From Malacoraja senta (lineage: Eukaryota), in the NCBI GenBank assembly GCA_038087875.1, contig CM075995.1, positions 9,178,001-9,242,000 on the forward strand: a DNA stretch of 64,000 nucleotides. Direction: 5' to 3'. The position numbers and the translations under genes are program-made. Positions 63,181 to 64,000 of the stretch are shown here, one piece after another. Under the pieces are notes generated by a model. The model saw only the letters and a list, made by a program, of their open reading frames with translations, was not told the origin of the DNA and did not search any database. How positions within the stretch are numbered: position 1 is the first letter of the stretch; each line of letters begins with the position of its first letter.

Positions 63181-64000
63181 CTCGCTGTAAAAGAACTTGC
63201 CCCATGCATCTTCATTAAACTTTAATGCTCTCACCTTATAGCTATGCCAACCTGTTTTTGACATTTCCATTCTAGGAGAAAGATTCTGACGGTATCTATG
63301 CTTTAGCTCATAAAAGTTTGAAACATGTTGTTTCTCTCTCAGGTCAAAGGATTTCTGCATTTCCTGCTTTTCTTTTAGTTTAATACTGTTCCCGCATGCC
63401 TCCAGCTCCAGGCCTAGAAATTCTTTATCCCTTGCGTAAATGTGTGAACATAGCACCAACTGAGGAACCAACACCTGCTTGATCGTTGAGTTCAGTTCTC
63501 AAACGCACCCAGTAAGCAAAAGTATGTGCATTTAAATTCTGTAAGCCCAGAAATTGGACTCATTGACACCTGTGTTTTATGTGCAAATTGTGATAGCAAC
63601 TATTTCCTATTGTAACCCTGCTCATTGTAAAATCGGTTCAAAAGTCCTTCAGGGCTTCATTCATCATGGCGAAGATGACATTTTGCCATCGTCATTTGGA
63701 CAGGTCATTATTACATCAAAGTACATAACAGAACAAAGCGGAACATAACATGCAATTTTTGTTTTTAATATCCGATTCAACAAGGTGAACATGAAAGCAA
63801 GTCAGCAAAGAGATGTTAATTATTGGATCCTCACTGTAACATCAAGGTGCAGTTGTCTGCATCGACTTGCTTGAATTCCAATGCTCTGCGTATCTCACAC
63901 ATCATTAATGGGTCTCAGTGCTTGTGGTAGCCAGGCACAGCGGAGATACATGTTGCAATCTCTGCAGAGTAATGAGCATGGACCTCACACTGGCTTCAGG

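Overview
Repeat-dense vertebrate genomic DNA. The repeat families (HE1-like V-SINE, CR1/HER1-like LINEs) suggest a cartilaginous fish, probably a skate or ray (inference). The window has two 200-N gaps (30788-30987, 58982-59181). The 3' part of a SYCP2/SYCP2L-family gene lies on + as 16 small coding exons (1535-39389) plus a probable 3'-UTR exon. It converges tail-to-tail with the last coding exon of an ELOVL2-like elongase on - (49839-49946); this arrangement and the short C-terminus favour SYCP2L. Most of the rest is transposon-derived: CR1, Rex1/Babar, L1, Tx1 and Vingi-like LINE pieces, V-SINEs, Penelope-like GIY-YIG elements and their foldback terminal-repeat derivatives, a Gypsy LTR element, Harbinger-like MITEs, hAT ends and an ~8 kb (CACT/CACC)n satellite. 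The most notable observations are: a Penelope-derived family with minimal hammerhead-like cores, palindromic structure and repeated insertion at AACCT sites, including one homologous SINE position; compensating +1/-1 frameshifts across two SYCP2L exons; and a 20-bp minisatellite that multiplies an exon's splice donor together with an ACTAAT motif. Homology calls come from recalled family sequences, not database searches. Repeat boundaries are approximate.
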